Shown here piece by piece: positions 48,494 through 62,180 of a DNA stretch of 64,000 bases. The notes below the pieces were generated by a model. It was not told where the DNA came from and made no database searches. It saw only the letters and a program-made list of their open reading frames with translations. This stretch comes from Octopus sinensis (Eukaryota). The position numbers were made by a program, and so were the translations under genes. Where the stretch lies: NCBI RefSeq assembly GCF_006345805.1, contig NC_043012.1:15252001-15316000 (forward strand), read 5' to 3'. The first letter of the stretch is position 1, and every line of letters begins with the position of its first letter.

Positions 48494-51400
48494 CATCATC
48501 ATCATCGTCGTTGTCGTTTAACATCCGCTTTCCATGCTAGCATGGGTTGGACGGTTCGACTGGGGTCTGGGAAGCCAGAAGGCTGCAGCAGGCCCAGTCT
48601 GATCTGGCAGTGTTTCTACGGCTGGATGCCCTTCTTAACGCCAACCACTCTGTGAGTGTAGTGGGTGCTTTTTACGTGCCACCCGCACAGGTGCCAGACG
48701 GAGCTGGCAAACGGCCACGGACGGATGGTGCTTTTTATATATATATATACACACACACACACATATATATATATATACACATACATATATAGAAAAATAA
48801 ACCCCCAAAACCCTCAGATTATGAGGAAATAATTTATGGTTTGCATCAACAAACAGAATAAATAAAATTCGCAAAATATTTCTACACTGTGTGTGTGTGT
48901 CTGTGTGTGTGTGTGTGTCCGTGTGTCCATTTATGATGTATATACTTTTATAAATGTCTTCTGATGAGGTTATAAAGTATTTATGTTTTAAACTTTCTGT
49001 TTTATTCCATTTTTCAGATTTCACTGAAATGATGAGAGCTTTAGGCTATCCACGACTTATATCCATGGAAAACTTCCGGAAGCCAAATTTTGCCCTAGTT
49101 GCTGAGATATTATTATGGCTGGTAAAACGGTAGGTGAACCAGTCACCATGGCTGTGTGAAAGTTAACATACATTCACCTAAAGTATTCCAGATTTTTACT
49201 GTGTTTCTTTGTAATGTTTGGAAATGGTATAAGATATATTTTGGCCATGTCTGTTACATGGAACAATATCAGGTAATCATCATCATCATCATTTAATGTC
49301 TGTTCTCCATCCTGGCATGAGTTGGACAGTTTGACTGAAAACTGGTAAGCCGGGGAGCTGCACCAGATTCCCATCTGATTTGGCATGGGTTCTATAGCTG
49401 GATGCCCTTCCTAACATCAACCACTCCAAGAGTGAAGTGGGTGCTTTTTACATACCACCTGCACAGGTGTTAGTTATGTAACACCGGCATCAGCCACGAC
49501 TGCGATCTCACTTGGCTTCACCGGTCTTCTCAAGCACAGAATATCGCCAAAGGTCTTTGTTATTTGTCACTGCCTCCATGAGACCCAATGTTCAAAAGGG
49601 TGCTTTTAAGTGCCACCAGCATGGGTGTCAGTTATATGACACAGGCATCGGTTATGACTACAATTTCATTTGGCTTGATGGGTCTTCTTCTCAAGCACAG
49701 CATATTGCTCAATTTTCAAAGAGTGCTTTTGATGTGCCACCGGTATGGGTGCCACTTATGCAACACTGGCATTGGCCACCACTAGAATTCCACTTGGCTT
49801 GACAGGTCTTCTCAAGCATGGCAGGGGTCTGCTCAACTTTCAAAGGGCTGTTTTTATGTGCCACCAATGTGGGTGCTAGGCTTACCTCTTGCTCCCCAAA
49901 CCTGCCATTTTGGCCCTGTGCCACTGTGTCATTGCGTATGCCTGGCACTTTGCCACCATCCCTATCCTGCTGTCTGTCTGTCTGTCTCTCTCCTTCTCCT
50001 GCACCTCCCCCAGGTTGGGTAACGGCAACGCACCTGTTTCTGTCTTTATTTCTGATCTTTCTCTCTCTCTCTCTCTCCAGCCAGCTTACCTTGTACCTCC
50101 TCTACAGCAAGACACCCGTTTCTGCCTCTCTGTCTCACTATAGCCTTTCATCATCCAACACAAGGTCACCTCCTCCAATGCTCCCTCCCCTCTCAAACGA
50201 GGTTTTTTTTTTCTGTTTTGAAAGCACTTGGTGACCCTGTCAATGCAGGTGCCACTTAAAAGCACCCAGTCCACACTGTAAAGTGGTTGGCATTTGGAAG
50301 GATATAAGAGCTGTAAAAACCTTGCCAAAACTGATCTTGCCTGTGCTTGTGCCATATTAAAAAGCAATAAGTCCACTCTGCTGAGTGGTTGGTGTTAGGA
50401 AGGGCATCCAACTGTAAAAATCCTGCTAAAACAGTTACCGAAGTCTGGTGTAGGCTTTTTCCTGGCCAACTCTTGTCAAACGGTCTGCCCCCACCCCATG
50501 CCAGCATGGAAGGTGGACGTTAAATGATGATGATGATTTCATCAGAGGTCTGCTCAATCAGGTTTGACTTGGGGTTAAAAAACATCATCGTCATCTTCAT
50601 TATTATCATCATCAAGTTTTTAAAAATATTGTCTATTTTCTTTTTCAGATTTGAGCCAACTGCCTCCATCCACTCTGACACTGACACTCAGCAAGATCGT
50701 GTCCTTTTCATTAGATCTGTGACAGAGTTTATGGTAGGGTTTCATCATCTTTATTTAATGAAAATAATATATTACTTTCTCTTTGGTGTACTTTTTTTTT
50801 TTAATTAACCATATGTCTGTAGAATACTCAGCCACTTGGATAGTAATTCAACGAACAAGTAATTCAGTTGATCAAATAACTGAATACTCTTTGTTGAAAC
50901 AAATGGAGATCCATTTAACCTGCTGGTTAAACCTACCTAATGCCTGTCAAAGTTTGTACCATTTTATATTATAAAAGAGAAGCTGATCTCTGCCTGTCTG
51001 TCCGTCACAACATCTATCAGAGGGAGGAGAGAAGGGTAAGAATCGAAAGAGGAAATAACCCCTTTTACACAACATTTATTTAGAAGAAGAGGAGAAAAAG
51101 TTGAGAGAAACTGTATATGAGAGAGAGAAAGAGAGAGAGTGTGAAAGGGATAGATAGATAGATAGATAGATAATGTTGTCACCATGGGAATTTTAAGTGC
51201 AACACAACACAAACTTCAAAAAAAAAAAAAGCTATGTATACTTTTTGGTTGTTTGTGTGTGTGTTTCTGCATGTCTTTCAACATCATCATCGTTTAACGT
51301 CCGCTTTCCATGCTAGCATGGGTTGGACGATTTTGACTGAGGGCTGGCGAACCAGATGGCTGCACCAGGCTCCAATCTTGATCTGGCAAAGTTTCTACAG

Positions 51401-53821
51401 CTGGATGCCCTTCCTAACGCCAACCACTCCGAGAGTGTAGTGGGTGCTTTCTACGTGCCACCGGCACGGGGGCCAGCCAGGCGGTACTGGCAATGACCTC
51501 GCTCGAATCTTTTTATACATGCCACCAGCACAGGTGCCAGTAAGGCGACGTTGGTAACGATGACACTCGAATGGTGCCCTTTTATGTGCCACTGGCACAG
51601 AAGCCAGTTGGCTGTGGAATATTATTCATTGGTGAATTAGAAAAGAAGTAGTGAACATTGTTAACCTTAGTATGTTACTTTTTTGTTACTTTTTTGTGAC
51701 ACCGTATTTTGTTCTGCAACCATGATATATTAGAAAGCATATTAAACACTTTGTAAGTCCATACTGTATTACTTCTTTGATTTTTGTAGCTTTTTACCAT
51801 TTGGAATGATTTACTAGGATTTGCTTGAAATCTTTACAGGCCATAAAATCTCATTTGAAGTTAAACAGCAAAAAACTTTACCAAGCTGATGGCTATGCTG
51901 TGAAAGAATTGCTGAAAATAACATCAGTTTTGTACAATGTTATGAAGACTAATGAATTTAATTCATTGGACGATACTGAAAGCAATGAAAGTGGTCCAAT
52001 CTCCTTTGATATATCATCTAAAGTAGGTGTTCTTTAATATGTTTTAAAATTTGTTTTAAATTTTAATTGTAAAACTAGGCACAGGAGTGGCTGTGTGGTA
52101 AGTAGCTTGCTAACCAACCACATGGTTCCGGGTTCAGTCCCACTGCGTGGCATCTTGGGCAAGTGTCTTCTGCTATAGCCTCGGGCCTACCAATGCCTTG
52201 TGAGTGGATTTGGTAGACGGAAACTGAAAGAAGCCTGTCGTATATATGTATATATATATGTGTGTGTGTGTGTGTGTTTGTGTGTCTGTGTTTGACCCCT
52301 AGCATTGCTTGACAACTGATGCTGGTGTGTTTACGTCCCCGTCACTTAGCGGTTCGGCAAAAGAGGCCGATAGAATAAGCACTGGGCTTACAAAGAATAA
52401 GTCCCGGGGTCGATTTGCTTGACTAAAGGCGGTGCTCCAGCATGGCCGCAGTCAAATGACTGAAACAAGTAAAAGAGTAAAAGAGTAAAGAGAAGTATGA
52501 ATGGTTTTATCTTTTACCAGTTATTTTTGGTGATAAATTTTGTTATCATATTTCTGTTGGAAAACACTGCATTTGTACTACAACTAATTTTGAAAATAAT
52601 AAAGAATTTTGTAATATATTTTGTCATTATTAAGTTAGTGTCTGGAGCATAAATTAACATGGAATTTTGATGTAAAGTTTTAACTAAAATCACTTTGAAA
52701 CATGAAACTTATCTCATTAAACCAAGGGCTATCCCAGACAGATTGGTATCACTAAGGCGGCGAGGGGCTGGCAGAGGGGTTAGCACGCCGGGCGAAATGC
52801 CGAGCGGTATTTTCTCTGTTGTTACGTTGTGAGTTCAAATTCCACTGAGGTCGACTTTGCCTCTCATCCTTTCGGGGTTGATTAAATAAGTACCAGTTAC
52901 GCACTGGGGTCGATATAATCGACTTAATCCGTGTGTCTGTCTTTGTTCATCCCCTCTGTGTTCAGCCCCTTGTGGATAGTAAAGAAATGGGTATCAAAAG
53001 GTATTCCCTTTAGTATCACTGTGCTGTGATGTCTATAGTAAGTTTTGATAATTCTTGGTTGTAGTTGTTGCCTTTACTGTGTTTCATGTACATCACTGAC
53101 AGAGATAAGCCAGTTTAATCTAATGATGGACACAGAAGTTTGAGCAATTTACTCTATGAGCATTATCTGTGTCAGTATTTTGAAAATTGTAAGCTTGTTG
53201 GAAATTTAGAGAGAGGTATGAAATGTATAGTTTCTTTTGAAACTATTTCTTTCTGAAGCATGTTGTTCTCGAGATGCTGTGAAACCCACTTTGGTGGTTG
53301 TAAAGTTGTAAAGGTGCAGTATTAGATAAGAACAACTTTGAAAACTAAATTCTTTCTCATACATTTGTCACCTTTACCTTGTGGATTGTTTTATTTGTTT
53401 GTTCATTTTACATCTGTTTTTCAATGCTATCATGGGTTAGATCACACTATAAAATAAGCTGCACACACTTGTTGATAAGTAAAATACGAGTTCATTTCTC
53501 TTCACTTTTTGATTGTGACTGTCTCATTGAAGTTATTAAAAATGTGTTGAAAGAATAATGTGTATTGCAAGCACAATTAAACCATCGGAACTATGTAACA
53601 GACTCAACATAATCTGTTGTATTAAACCTGTTAGACTATGAACAATGTTGGTTATGCTTTGACAAACCTGGTATGAAAATAAGGATGTAGTACAGATTTA
53701 GCAAAGTCATTGTTGTATATCAGAGGAAAGTGAATATGGTTGGACTTGAACCCATAACCCCAGTGAATGAAGTACAGTAACCACTCCGTTGTACTGTGCA
53801 TTCTAAAAATATGTATATATT

Positions 53822-53856
<35 letters not shown>

Positions 53857-56800
53857 CAGCAGCAGTAATGTGTATAGGTGGGTGTGTTGTTGTTTGTGTA
53901 TATGTGACAGTTTCAAAAATTTATTACTCAGTTCTCTTACAAATAATATAAATGTTGTGTCTATAATAAATTAAATCTTTGATTCTGTTCCATAGTTACA
54001 TACAAAACTATTTCAGAATAACATTGTAGATTCATTGTTATGGTACATTGGATGAATAAATATTTAGCCTTATATATCCACAATTATATATTTATCTTAT
54101 ATTAATGATTATCAGATGAATTTTATTTGTTTTACTTAAATTTGGTCTCACTTCGACCTAAACCAAAATTGAAGTGAGACGACAAACAGAAAAAGGTTTC
54201 TGCTTTGTTCTGTTTAGGTATTTCAAAATATTTTAAAATCAGTTTTTTTTTTAATGTTGTAACCTATCCATCTATTCTGTAAGTTCCCAGTTGTTTTATC
54301 TTTATAAAAATTGTTTACCATAAATCCTCAAGTATAGTTCGCCCTTGAGTATAATATGCAGGGGATTTTTAGGGGGCTGTACCTCTGAAAAACCTAAACC
54401 TTGTGTATAATACGCACCCCTTCTCTAACTTGAGTCAAGGAGGTCTATATAACGTCCTTGGTTTGTAAAAATGTATACGGTATCGTACTTTATTATTATT
54501 GTATATATTACATAATGCAAACGTGTAGCTTTTTTGTGCATTTTATTTGCAGAAAATAAAGAAATAACAGTAATAACATTTAATAAATGTTGCTTACTGC
54601 AAGTTATGGATGATTCTTTTATGACTTCATTGCTTTCAGGCTTAGCTTAAGGTATTTTCGCGCCCGACATCACAAAAGTGTCTGAATAAACATTGCTGGA
54701 CAGCAAATAGAGACTCGGACATTGCTTAGAAAATAATTTTCATTTTTAACCTCGCATATAGTACACACTAGGGATTTTGACCTTTAAATTTTGGGGAAAA
54801 AATGCGGATTATACTCGAGGATTTATGGTACTAAAATTCAAATTAATTTTGAAAAATACTTTTAAAAGTCTTTAAAAATGAATCCTCTTTAATTTCAGGA
54901 ATTTTCTTTCTTTATGTTTTGTGGTATTTTTGTCTGTAAATTAACATTTTATTTTCTCCAGATTGTTGATTTAAAAGAAGCTCGGAAACTGGCATCAGAG
55001 ATAACACTAAAAGGAGCTACACTCTATGACCTCTTGGCAAAGGAAGCTGATTTACAGGTGAGTTTTTGCATGTCAGGATTTCATTGTTGAGGTTGTTGTT
55101 TGTAGAACTTCATTATTTACATTTCTTTTCTTTTTTCCCCCAGTCATTCATTGAATGGGATTGTTGGATTCAAGAGCAGGCATGGCTGTGTGCTTAAGAA
55201 ACTCACTTGGGAACCACATAGTTTCAGGTTCAGTCCATCAGTGTGGCACCTTGGGCAGTTGTCTTTAACAATGGCCCAGGGCTAACCAAAAATGCTTTGT
55301 GAGTGGATTTGGTAGGCAGAAATGTGTTGGAAGCCCATTGTGTGTGTGTGTATATATATACATCATCATCATCATTTAGCGTCCGCTTTCCATGCTAGCA
55401 TGGGTTGGACGGTTCAACTGGGGTCTGGGAAGCCAGGAGGCTGCACCAGGCCCAGTCTGATCTGGCAGTGTTTCTATGGCTGGATGCCCTTCCTAACACC
55501 AACCACTCCGTGAGTGTAGTGGGTGCTTTTTATGTGCCACCCGCACAGGTGCCAGACGGGGCTGGCAAACGGCCACGGACGGATGGTGCTTTTTACGTGC
55601 CAATGGCACGGGGGCCAGGCAAGGCTGGCAACGGGCACGATCGGATGGTGCTTTTTACGTGCCACCGGCACGGGGGCCAGGCGAGGCTGGCAACGGCCAC
55701 GATCGGATGGTGCTTTTTACGTGCAACCGGCACGGAGGCCAGTCGGGGCAGCGCTGGCAACGGCCACAATCGGATGGTTCGCTTACTTGTCACCGGCACT
55801 GGTATCGCAGCTGCAATTTCCATTGATGTTGATCGACTTCGATTTTGGTTCTGATTTCTGATTTGATTTGATTTGATTTGATTTTGATTTCCGATTTCCA
55901 CTTGCCTTAACGGGTCTTCACAAGTGGAGTTTTGTGTCCCAAGAAGGAAAGGTATGCATAAGTCAACTGGCTACATACCAGGTAGAGGCCACGGGTAATG
56001 GTCTCACTAGTCCTGCCGAGTCTTCTCATGCACAGCATACTTCCATAGGTCTCGGTCTCTAGTCATCTCCTCAGTGAGACCTAAAGTTCGAAGGTTGTGC
56101 TTCACCACCTCGTCCCAGGTTTTCCTGGGTCTGCCTCTTCCACAGGTTCCCTCAACAGCTAGGGTGTGGCACTTTTTCACACAACTATCTTCATCCATTC
56201 TCACCACATGACCATACCAGCGCAAACGTCTCTCTTGCACACCACATCTGATGCTTCTTAGGTCCAGCTTTTCTCTCAAGGTACTTACACTCTGTCGAGT
56301 ATGAACACTGACATTACACATTCATCGGAGCATACTGGCTTCATTTCTTGCGAGCTTACGCATATCCTCAGCAGTCACGGCCCATGTTTCACTGCCATGT
56401 AGCATGGCTGTTCGTACACACGCGTCATACAGTCTGCCTTTTACTCTGAGCGAGAGGCCTTTTGTCACCAGCAGAGGTAAGAGCTCTCTGAACTTTGCTC
56501 AAGCTATTCTTACTCTAGCATTTACACTTTCAGCACACCCGCCCCCGCTACTGACTTGGTCACCTAGGTAACGGAAACTATCAACTATTTCTAGTTTTTC
56601 TCCCTGGAAAGTGGCAGAAGTTGGTCTCAGAGCATTTTCAGTGTTTATTGCTCCTGAGCATCTACCACATACAAAAACTATCTTCCTAGTTAGCCTTCCT
56701 TTGACATTGCTGCACCTCTTATGTGTCCATAGCTTACACTTGGTGCATCTTATAGAGTTTCTACCTACACCTTTTCTACAGATCGAGCAGGGCCATCAAC

Positions 56801-59800
56801 CTGAAGGCATTTGTGATTTGTCTACCTTACTACTTATTAGGACTTTGGTTTTAGCTAGATTGACTCTAAGGCCCTTCGATTCTAATCCTTGCTTCCACAC
56901 CTGAAACTTCTCCTCCAGTTCTGATAGAGACTCAGCAATTAGAGCAAGGTCATCAGCATAGAGGAGCTCCCAGGGGCATCCTGTCTTGAATTCCTCCGTT
57001 ATTGCCTGGAGAACTATGGTAAATAGGAGGGGGCTGAGGACTGAGCGATGGTGGACCCCTACCTCTACCCGGAATTCTTCACTGTACTCGTTGCCAACCC
57101 TCACCTTACTAGCAGCGTCCCTGTACATGGCTCGCACAGCTCTCACTAACCATTCATCTATCCCTAGTTTCCTCATTAACCACCAGATAAGGGATCAGGG
57201 GACCCTGTCGAAGGCTTTCTCCATGTCAACAAAAGCCAGATACAGGGGCTTATCTTTGGCTAGGTATTTCTCCTGCAGCTGCCTTACCAGGAATATAGCA
57301 TCAGTGGTACTTTTCCCTGGCACGAACCCAAACTGCATCTCATCTAGGCTAACTCTCTCTCTAATTAGTTGGGCTATGACCCTCTCCGTAACCTTCATTA
57401 CCTGATCTAACAGCTTGATACCTCTGTAATTATTTGTATCTAGGGCATCACCTTTACCTTTGTAGCAGTTGACTATTATGCTGCTACACCAGTCATTGGG
57501 TATGACTCCTTCGTGTATCACCTGATTAACTATACGGGTGACTAGGCTATAGCCGACACTACCAGATATTTTGAGCATCTCTGCAGTGATTCCTGATGGG
57601 CCTGGGGCTTTCCCTGTCTTCATGCTTCTAATTGCCTTTACTACCAAGGAACTGTCAACTCGGATAGCTGGTCCCTCTGTTGGGTCAACATTTGGCAGTC
57701 TCTCTTTATCCCATTCATTTTCTTTATTCAGCAACCTGAATATATATGTATATGTATATCATCATCATCATCATCATCATCGTTTAACGTCCGTTTTCCG
57801 TGCTAGCACGGGTTGGACGGTTCGACCGGGGTCTAGGGAGCCAGGGGCTGCTCCAGGCTCCAGTCTGATCTGGCAGTGTTTCTACAGCTGGATGCCCTTC
57901 CTAACACCAACCACTCCGTGAGTGTAGTGGGTGCTTTTTACATGCCACCTGCACAGGTGCCAGAGGGGTCTGGCATCGGCCACGATTGGTTGGTGCTTTT
58001 TATGTGCCACCGGCACAGAAGCCAGTCGAGATATATGTATATATATATATATATATATATGAAAAAACAAGTCAAAATAGAAAATGCTAAAATAATTTTA
58101 TAAAGAACATTTCAGTACCGGTTTCGGTCATTTTGAGACCTTTTCAACTGTAACGATTAAATAATTAAATTTAGAAAAATTAAAGAAAAGTTTTTTTAAA
58201 GGAATATTTGTATAGTGTTCAAATATAAATGGCATTCTGCCTTTCTCTGTCTCCCTTGTTTGCACTTGTGTGTTCGAGGCCGTTGTGAATCACAACGGCC
58301 TCGAACACACAAGTGCAAACAAGGGAGTCAGAGAAAGGCAGAATGCCACTTAAATCTGAACACTACTATAGAAATATTCCTTTAAAAAAACTTTTCTTTA
58401 ATTTTTCTAAATTTAATTATTCAATCGTTACAGTTGAAAAGGTCTCAAAATGACCGAAACCGGTACTGAAATGTTCTTTATAAAATTATTTTAGCATTTT
58501 CTATTTTGACTTGTTTTTTCATATATATCAACTCGTGTGTTCCTTTTCTCCCTTATACATATATATATATATATATAGGCACATGAGTGGCTGTGTGGTA
58601 AGTAGCTTGCTTACCAACCACATAGTTCTGGGTTCAGTCCCACTGCGTGGCACCTTGGGCAAGTGTCTTCTACTATATCCTCGAGCTGACCAAAACTTTG
58701 TGAGTGGATTTGGTAGATGGAAGCTGAAAGAAGCCTGTCGTATATATATGTATATGTATATACATGTGTTTGTCCCCCACCCCCCCAACATCGCTTGACA
58801 ACCGATGCTGGTGTGTTTACGTCTCCGTAACCTAGCAGTTCAGCAAAAGAGACTGATAGAATATGTACTAGGCTTACAAAGAATAAGTCCTGGGGTCGAT
58901 TTGCTTGACTAAAGGTGGTGCTCCAGCATGGCCACAGTCAAATGATTGAAACAAGTAAATGAGTAAAAGAGAGTAAAGAGTATATATAATTAGCTGAGGC
59001 ATTGCTAGACTTTATTCAGTCGATAAAAACTTTGATGAAGTTACATCTTGATTTCTCTTACTATTTATTTTTTGAAGGAAAGTCGATCCTCTGTTATTGC
59101 ACGGCCCCTGGAAATAAACGAAGTTGAAAAAGGAATAAATGCATCAATGAAGATAGTTCAGGTAAGGTAAAACAGAATTCAAGTGGAATGGCACAGTTGG
59201 ATGGATAAGTGATTGATGTTGTATCGAAGTGGAACTTGAGCAGAAAAGATGAGAGAAAAGACTGAAAGAATTAGGCTGGAAAAGATGTTGGAAAAGATGA
59301 GAGTTGAAGACAGTTTGAGTCATTGGCACTCTTCCTTACTGGTTTAGGTTGCAAGAGAAATGTTTATGATATTTGTTTCTTAAACAAGTCTTTTGAATCT
59401 GAAATCCTGTTTTCCTGTTTCACAGAGTGATATTCAAAAAACTGTTGCTATGTTGGAGAATATTGCTGCCGATGAATCAACTTTGGATAACAAAATTGAA
59501 AAGAGGAAAATAGAACTTGACAGAAATCAGAAAAGATTGCAGACTTTACAAAATGTTAGGTTGGTTGTTCACAACATTTCTGTGAGATTTTCTTTTCTTT
59601 TTTTTCTTTTGAATGAATTTTGAAACTCTTTATTGAATAACAAATGTCAGTCCTCCTCCTCATCATCATTTAAATTTGTTCTCCATCCTGGCACGGGTTC
59701 GATGGTTTGATAGGATCTGATGAGCTACAGGTCTACATTGAGATGCAATGTCAGGCTTGACATGGTTTCTATGGCCAGATGCCCTTCCTAATTAATGCCA

Positions 59801-62102
59801 ACCACTTTACAGCCTGTAGTGGCTGCTTTTTTTTTCGTGCCATCAGCACCGGTGAAGTTGCTAAGTTACAAGGCAAGAAAATAACAAGAAAAGGAAAAAA
59901 GCTATCTTGAGTGAATGGGGGAAATGTTTTAGAGGATGGGAGGTGGCTTTATGGCAGGTGTGGGAGGTTAAAGCATGATAAAGGGACAGGTTCAGGTGTT
60001 ATTTTTCATAATTAATGTTGAGCTACACTAGAAACTGTAAGTGTATAGAAGCAGCTTACAAAAAGTTTACCGTAAATCCTCGAGTATAGTCTGTTCTTGA
60101 GTATAATACGCAGGGGATTTTTAGGGGGCTGTACCTCTGAAAAACCTAAACCTTGTGTATAATACGCACCCCTTCTCTAACTTGAGTCGTGTGTAATTAA
60201 GCTAGCAACACCTAGTCGAACAAACACTTCCGCGCATGCGTAATACAATAATGGGAATGTAAATATGTTTGCAAATTGTTTTTGTTACATGTTATTCTGT
60301 GTTCTGAATACTTTTATTCTAATAAATGTTGCTTACTGCAAGTTATGGATGATTCTTTTATGACTTCATTGCTTTCAGGCTTAGCTTAAGGTATTTTCGT
60401 GCCCGACATCACAAAATGTGTCTGAATAAACATTGCCTGACAACAAATAATCTTGGACATTGCTTAGAAAATATTTTTCATTTTTAACCTCGTATATAGT
60501 ACGCACTAGGGATTTTGACCTTTAAATTTTGGGAAAAAAGTGTGGATTATACTCAAGGATTTACGGTATATTGATTTTATCAACAGACATAGAATAAACT
60601 TCAGTTCAATATGAATGAGCTAGGTTTATTTTATTGCTCTGTCGGGGGAGGAATGGAGTCTCTATGGGCCTCTGAGACTGGTAGAAATAGAGAGCAGGTT
60701 ATCTTCAGACAGGGACACCTGACTTGAATGTTTGCAATAATGTGGATTCTGTGAAAGGTTCCCAATGGCCTGATCATAGTATTGAGTACAACCATTTCAC
60801 TCCTCATAAAGGCCACTACTGAATTTTCCCTGGTTTTGATGTCAGTCACTTTGTAGATAATATTCTCAAAAATGTTCATATATATATTCTCCATTTCATC
60901 ATCATTTAATGTCTGTCTTCCATGCTGGCATGGGTTGGACGTTTTGACAGGAGCTGGCCAGGTAGAAGGCTACTCCAGGCTACTGTATCTGTTTTAGCAT
61001 GGTTTTTATGGATGGATGCCCTTCCTAACACCAACCACCCTGTAGTGTGGATTGAGTGATTTTTACATGACACAAGCACAGGTGAGGTCAGTTTTGGCAT
61101 GGTTTTTACAGCTGGATGCCCTTCCAAATGCCAACCACTTCATGCTTTTTATGTGGCTCCACTTCTAAAACATAATTTTTGTGTCCTTTATAGAGACATA
61201 ATGAAATGATTCCACTAATCCTTAAACTGGCTTTCATTTCACTTGTACAATGTAAACTACAGAAAGACACGATCCAAATTTGTGGTGTTACCTAGCTTAA
61301 AGTGCAGTTGTTCATATCCAGCCTTCCCTGAAAAACATGTCTGAGCATGGGGAAATATCACCTTACATGGGGAAAAGTGAGGGCTAGTGGCAGGAAGGGC
61401 ATTTGACATAGAAAATTTGCCTCAACAAATTCCATCTGAGCCATGTAAACATGAAAAGTGGACATTAAATGATGATGCTTTAGAAATATCTTTTTTGCAT
61501 CAATATAATTCTTACAGAGAGTCTCATTTTTATTTTAAGGCCTGCTTATATGGATGAATATGAAAGACTGGAACAAGAATTAGAGAAACTATACGAAGCT
61601 TACATTATCAAGTTCCGCAATCTCACATACCTTGAACAACAACTTGAAGAATACAGTAAAATGGAACAAGATAAAGTGAAAGTTTGTATATTTCATTGTT
61701 GGTGTGTTACTGTATTTTTTGGTATACAAGTCAATGTAGAATATTTTAGGGTAAACATGTTGTGTAAACATCGAAACATCATCAGTTGCTTTCCAAATCC
61801 TGAAGCATTTTACATGGAATTTTTGGTCTGGGAAATTCAACTTGTATGCCAGGAAATATGGCATTTGTTCTATCAGTAGACTTGTTAGGTTGTTTGTAAA
61901 CATCACATACTTGTGTACTATATTGATATTTGATTTATCAGCTGTTACATCTGTGGTATGACAGATTTTATGTTATTATTGATTCTCTAGGAAAATCAAT
62001 ATGCTCTGAAATCGACAGCCGAGGCATTACGCCAAGTTGAAAGAGACCCCAAGAATATTTTTGATGAAGATGACGAAGATGATGATTTCAGCCAAACCTC
62101 AG
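47038..62102 (+). CDS. CLUAP1: Clusterin-associated protein 1 / IFT38 (IFT-B ciliary protein), 3'-partial; 9 coding exons in window
   Basis: Exons 47038-47059, 49018-49129, 50649-50733, 51840-52022, 54962-55057, 59078-59161, 59426-59559, 61540-61681, 61991-62102. Spliced translation [48 protein letters not shown]...[21 protein letters not shown]...[12 protein letters not shown] is the hallmark CLUAP1 sequence. All phases are consistent. Confidence 0.96.
49018..49129 (+). CDS. CLUAP1: CLUAP1 coding exon 2
   Basis: [36 protein letters not shown](R). Confidence 0.96.
50649..50733 (+). CDS. CLUAP1: CLUAP1 coding exon 3
   Basis: [28 protein letters not shown]. Confidence 0.95.
51840..52022 (+). 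CDS. CLUAP1: CLUAP1 coding exon 4
   Basis: [32 protein letters not shown]...FDISSK. Confidence 0.96.
52078..52493 (+). mobile_element. tRNA-derived SINE family A, full length (other copies 1-206, 29508-29891, 38381-38811, 58578-58980 and fragments)
   Basis: TGGCTGTGTGGTAAG A box, GGTTCAGTCC B box, central (TA/TG)n and (AAAGAGTA)n tail; many dispersed copies. Confidence 0.9.
54318..54828. mobile_element. Tc1/mariner-pogo-type MITE, TA TSD
   Basis: TA|CCATAAATCCTCAAGTATA ... TATACTCGAGGATTTATGG|TA. Confidence 0.88.
54962..55057 (+). CDS. CLUAP1: CLUAP1 coding exon 5
   Basis: [32 protein letters not shown]; cAG / GTGAGT. Confidence 0.95.
55361..57734 (-). mobile_element. 5'-truncated RTE-clade LINE (about 2.4 kb) with disrupted reverse transcriptase
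   Basis: ORF pieces [57 protein letters not shown]; 3'UTR with ~59-bp internal repeats and an (ATG)n tail. Confidence 0.95.
58061..58520. repeat. Near-perfect 460-bp palindrome centred at ~58289
   Basis: Arms of ~230 bp are reverse complements with few mismatches and essentially no spacer (TTGTGA A TCACAA). Confidence 0.95.
58426..58473 (+). ncRNA. Candidate minimal type-I hammerhead ribozyme, U3-A8 core variant (mirror copy on minus strand ~58108-58155)
   Basis: cgtt-a-cag [UUGAAAA] GGUC-ucaaaau-GACC [GAAA] CCGG [UA] cug-a-aaug: stem I, core, stem II, palindromic stem III and a GUA cleavage triplet. Confidence 0.55.
58578..58980 (+). mobile_element. tRNA-derived SINE family A
   Basis: Same structure as 52078-52493. 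Confidence 0.9.
59078..59161 (+). CDS. CLUAP1: CLUAP1 coding exon 6
   Basis: [28 protein letters not shown]; aAG / GTAAGG. Confidence 0.94.
59426..59559 (+). CDS. CLUAP1: CLUAP1 coding exon 7
   Basis: [44 protein letters not shown](R). Confidence 0.95.
60070..60566. mobile_element. Second copy of the pogo-type MITE family
   Basis: TA|CCGTAAATCCTCGAGTATA ... TATACTCAAGGATTTACGG|TA; shares both ends with 54318-54828 but has a different middle. Confidence 0.88.
61540..61681 (+). CDS. CLUAP1: CLUAP1 coding exon 8
   Basis: [47 protein letters not shown]. Confidence 0.95.
61991..62102 (+). CDS. CLUAP1: CLUAP1 coding exon 9
   Basis: [37 protein letters not shown]; tAG / GTTAGT; start of the acidic C-terminal region. 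Confidence 0.85.
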
Positions 62103-62180
62103 GTTAGTATCTTTGTTTATGATTTATTTCATGTTAGTATTTCCAACTTATACACGTGTCTTTTCTGATTTAATGGTATA

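Noticed and set aside
55520-55800. ~59-bp repeated units that look CRISPR-like
   Set aside because: Whole units repeat with no unique spacers. They are the 3'UTR tandem repeats of the RTE LINE in a eukaryotic genome with no cas genes.
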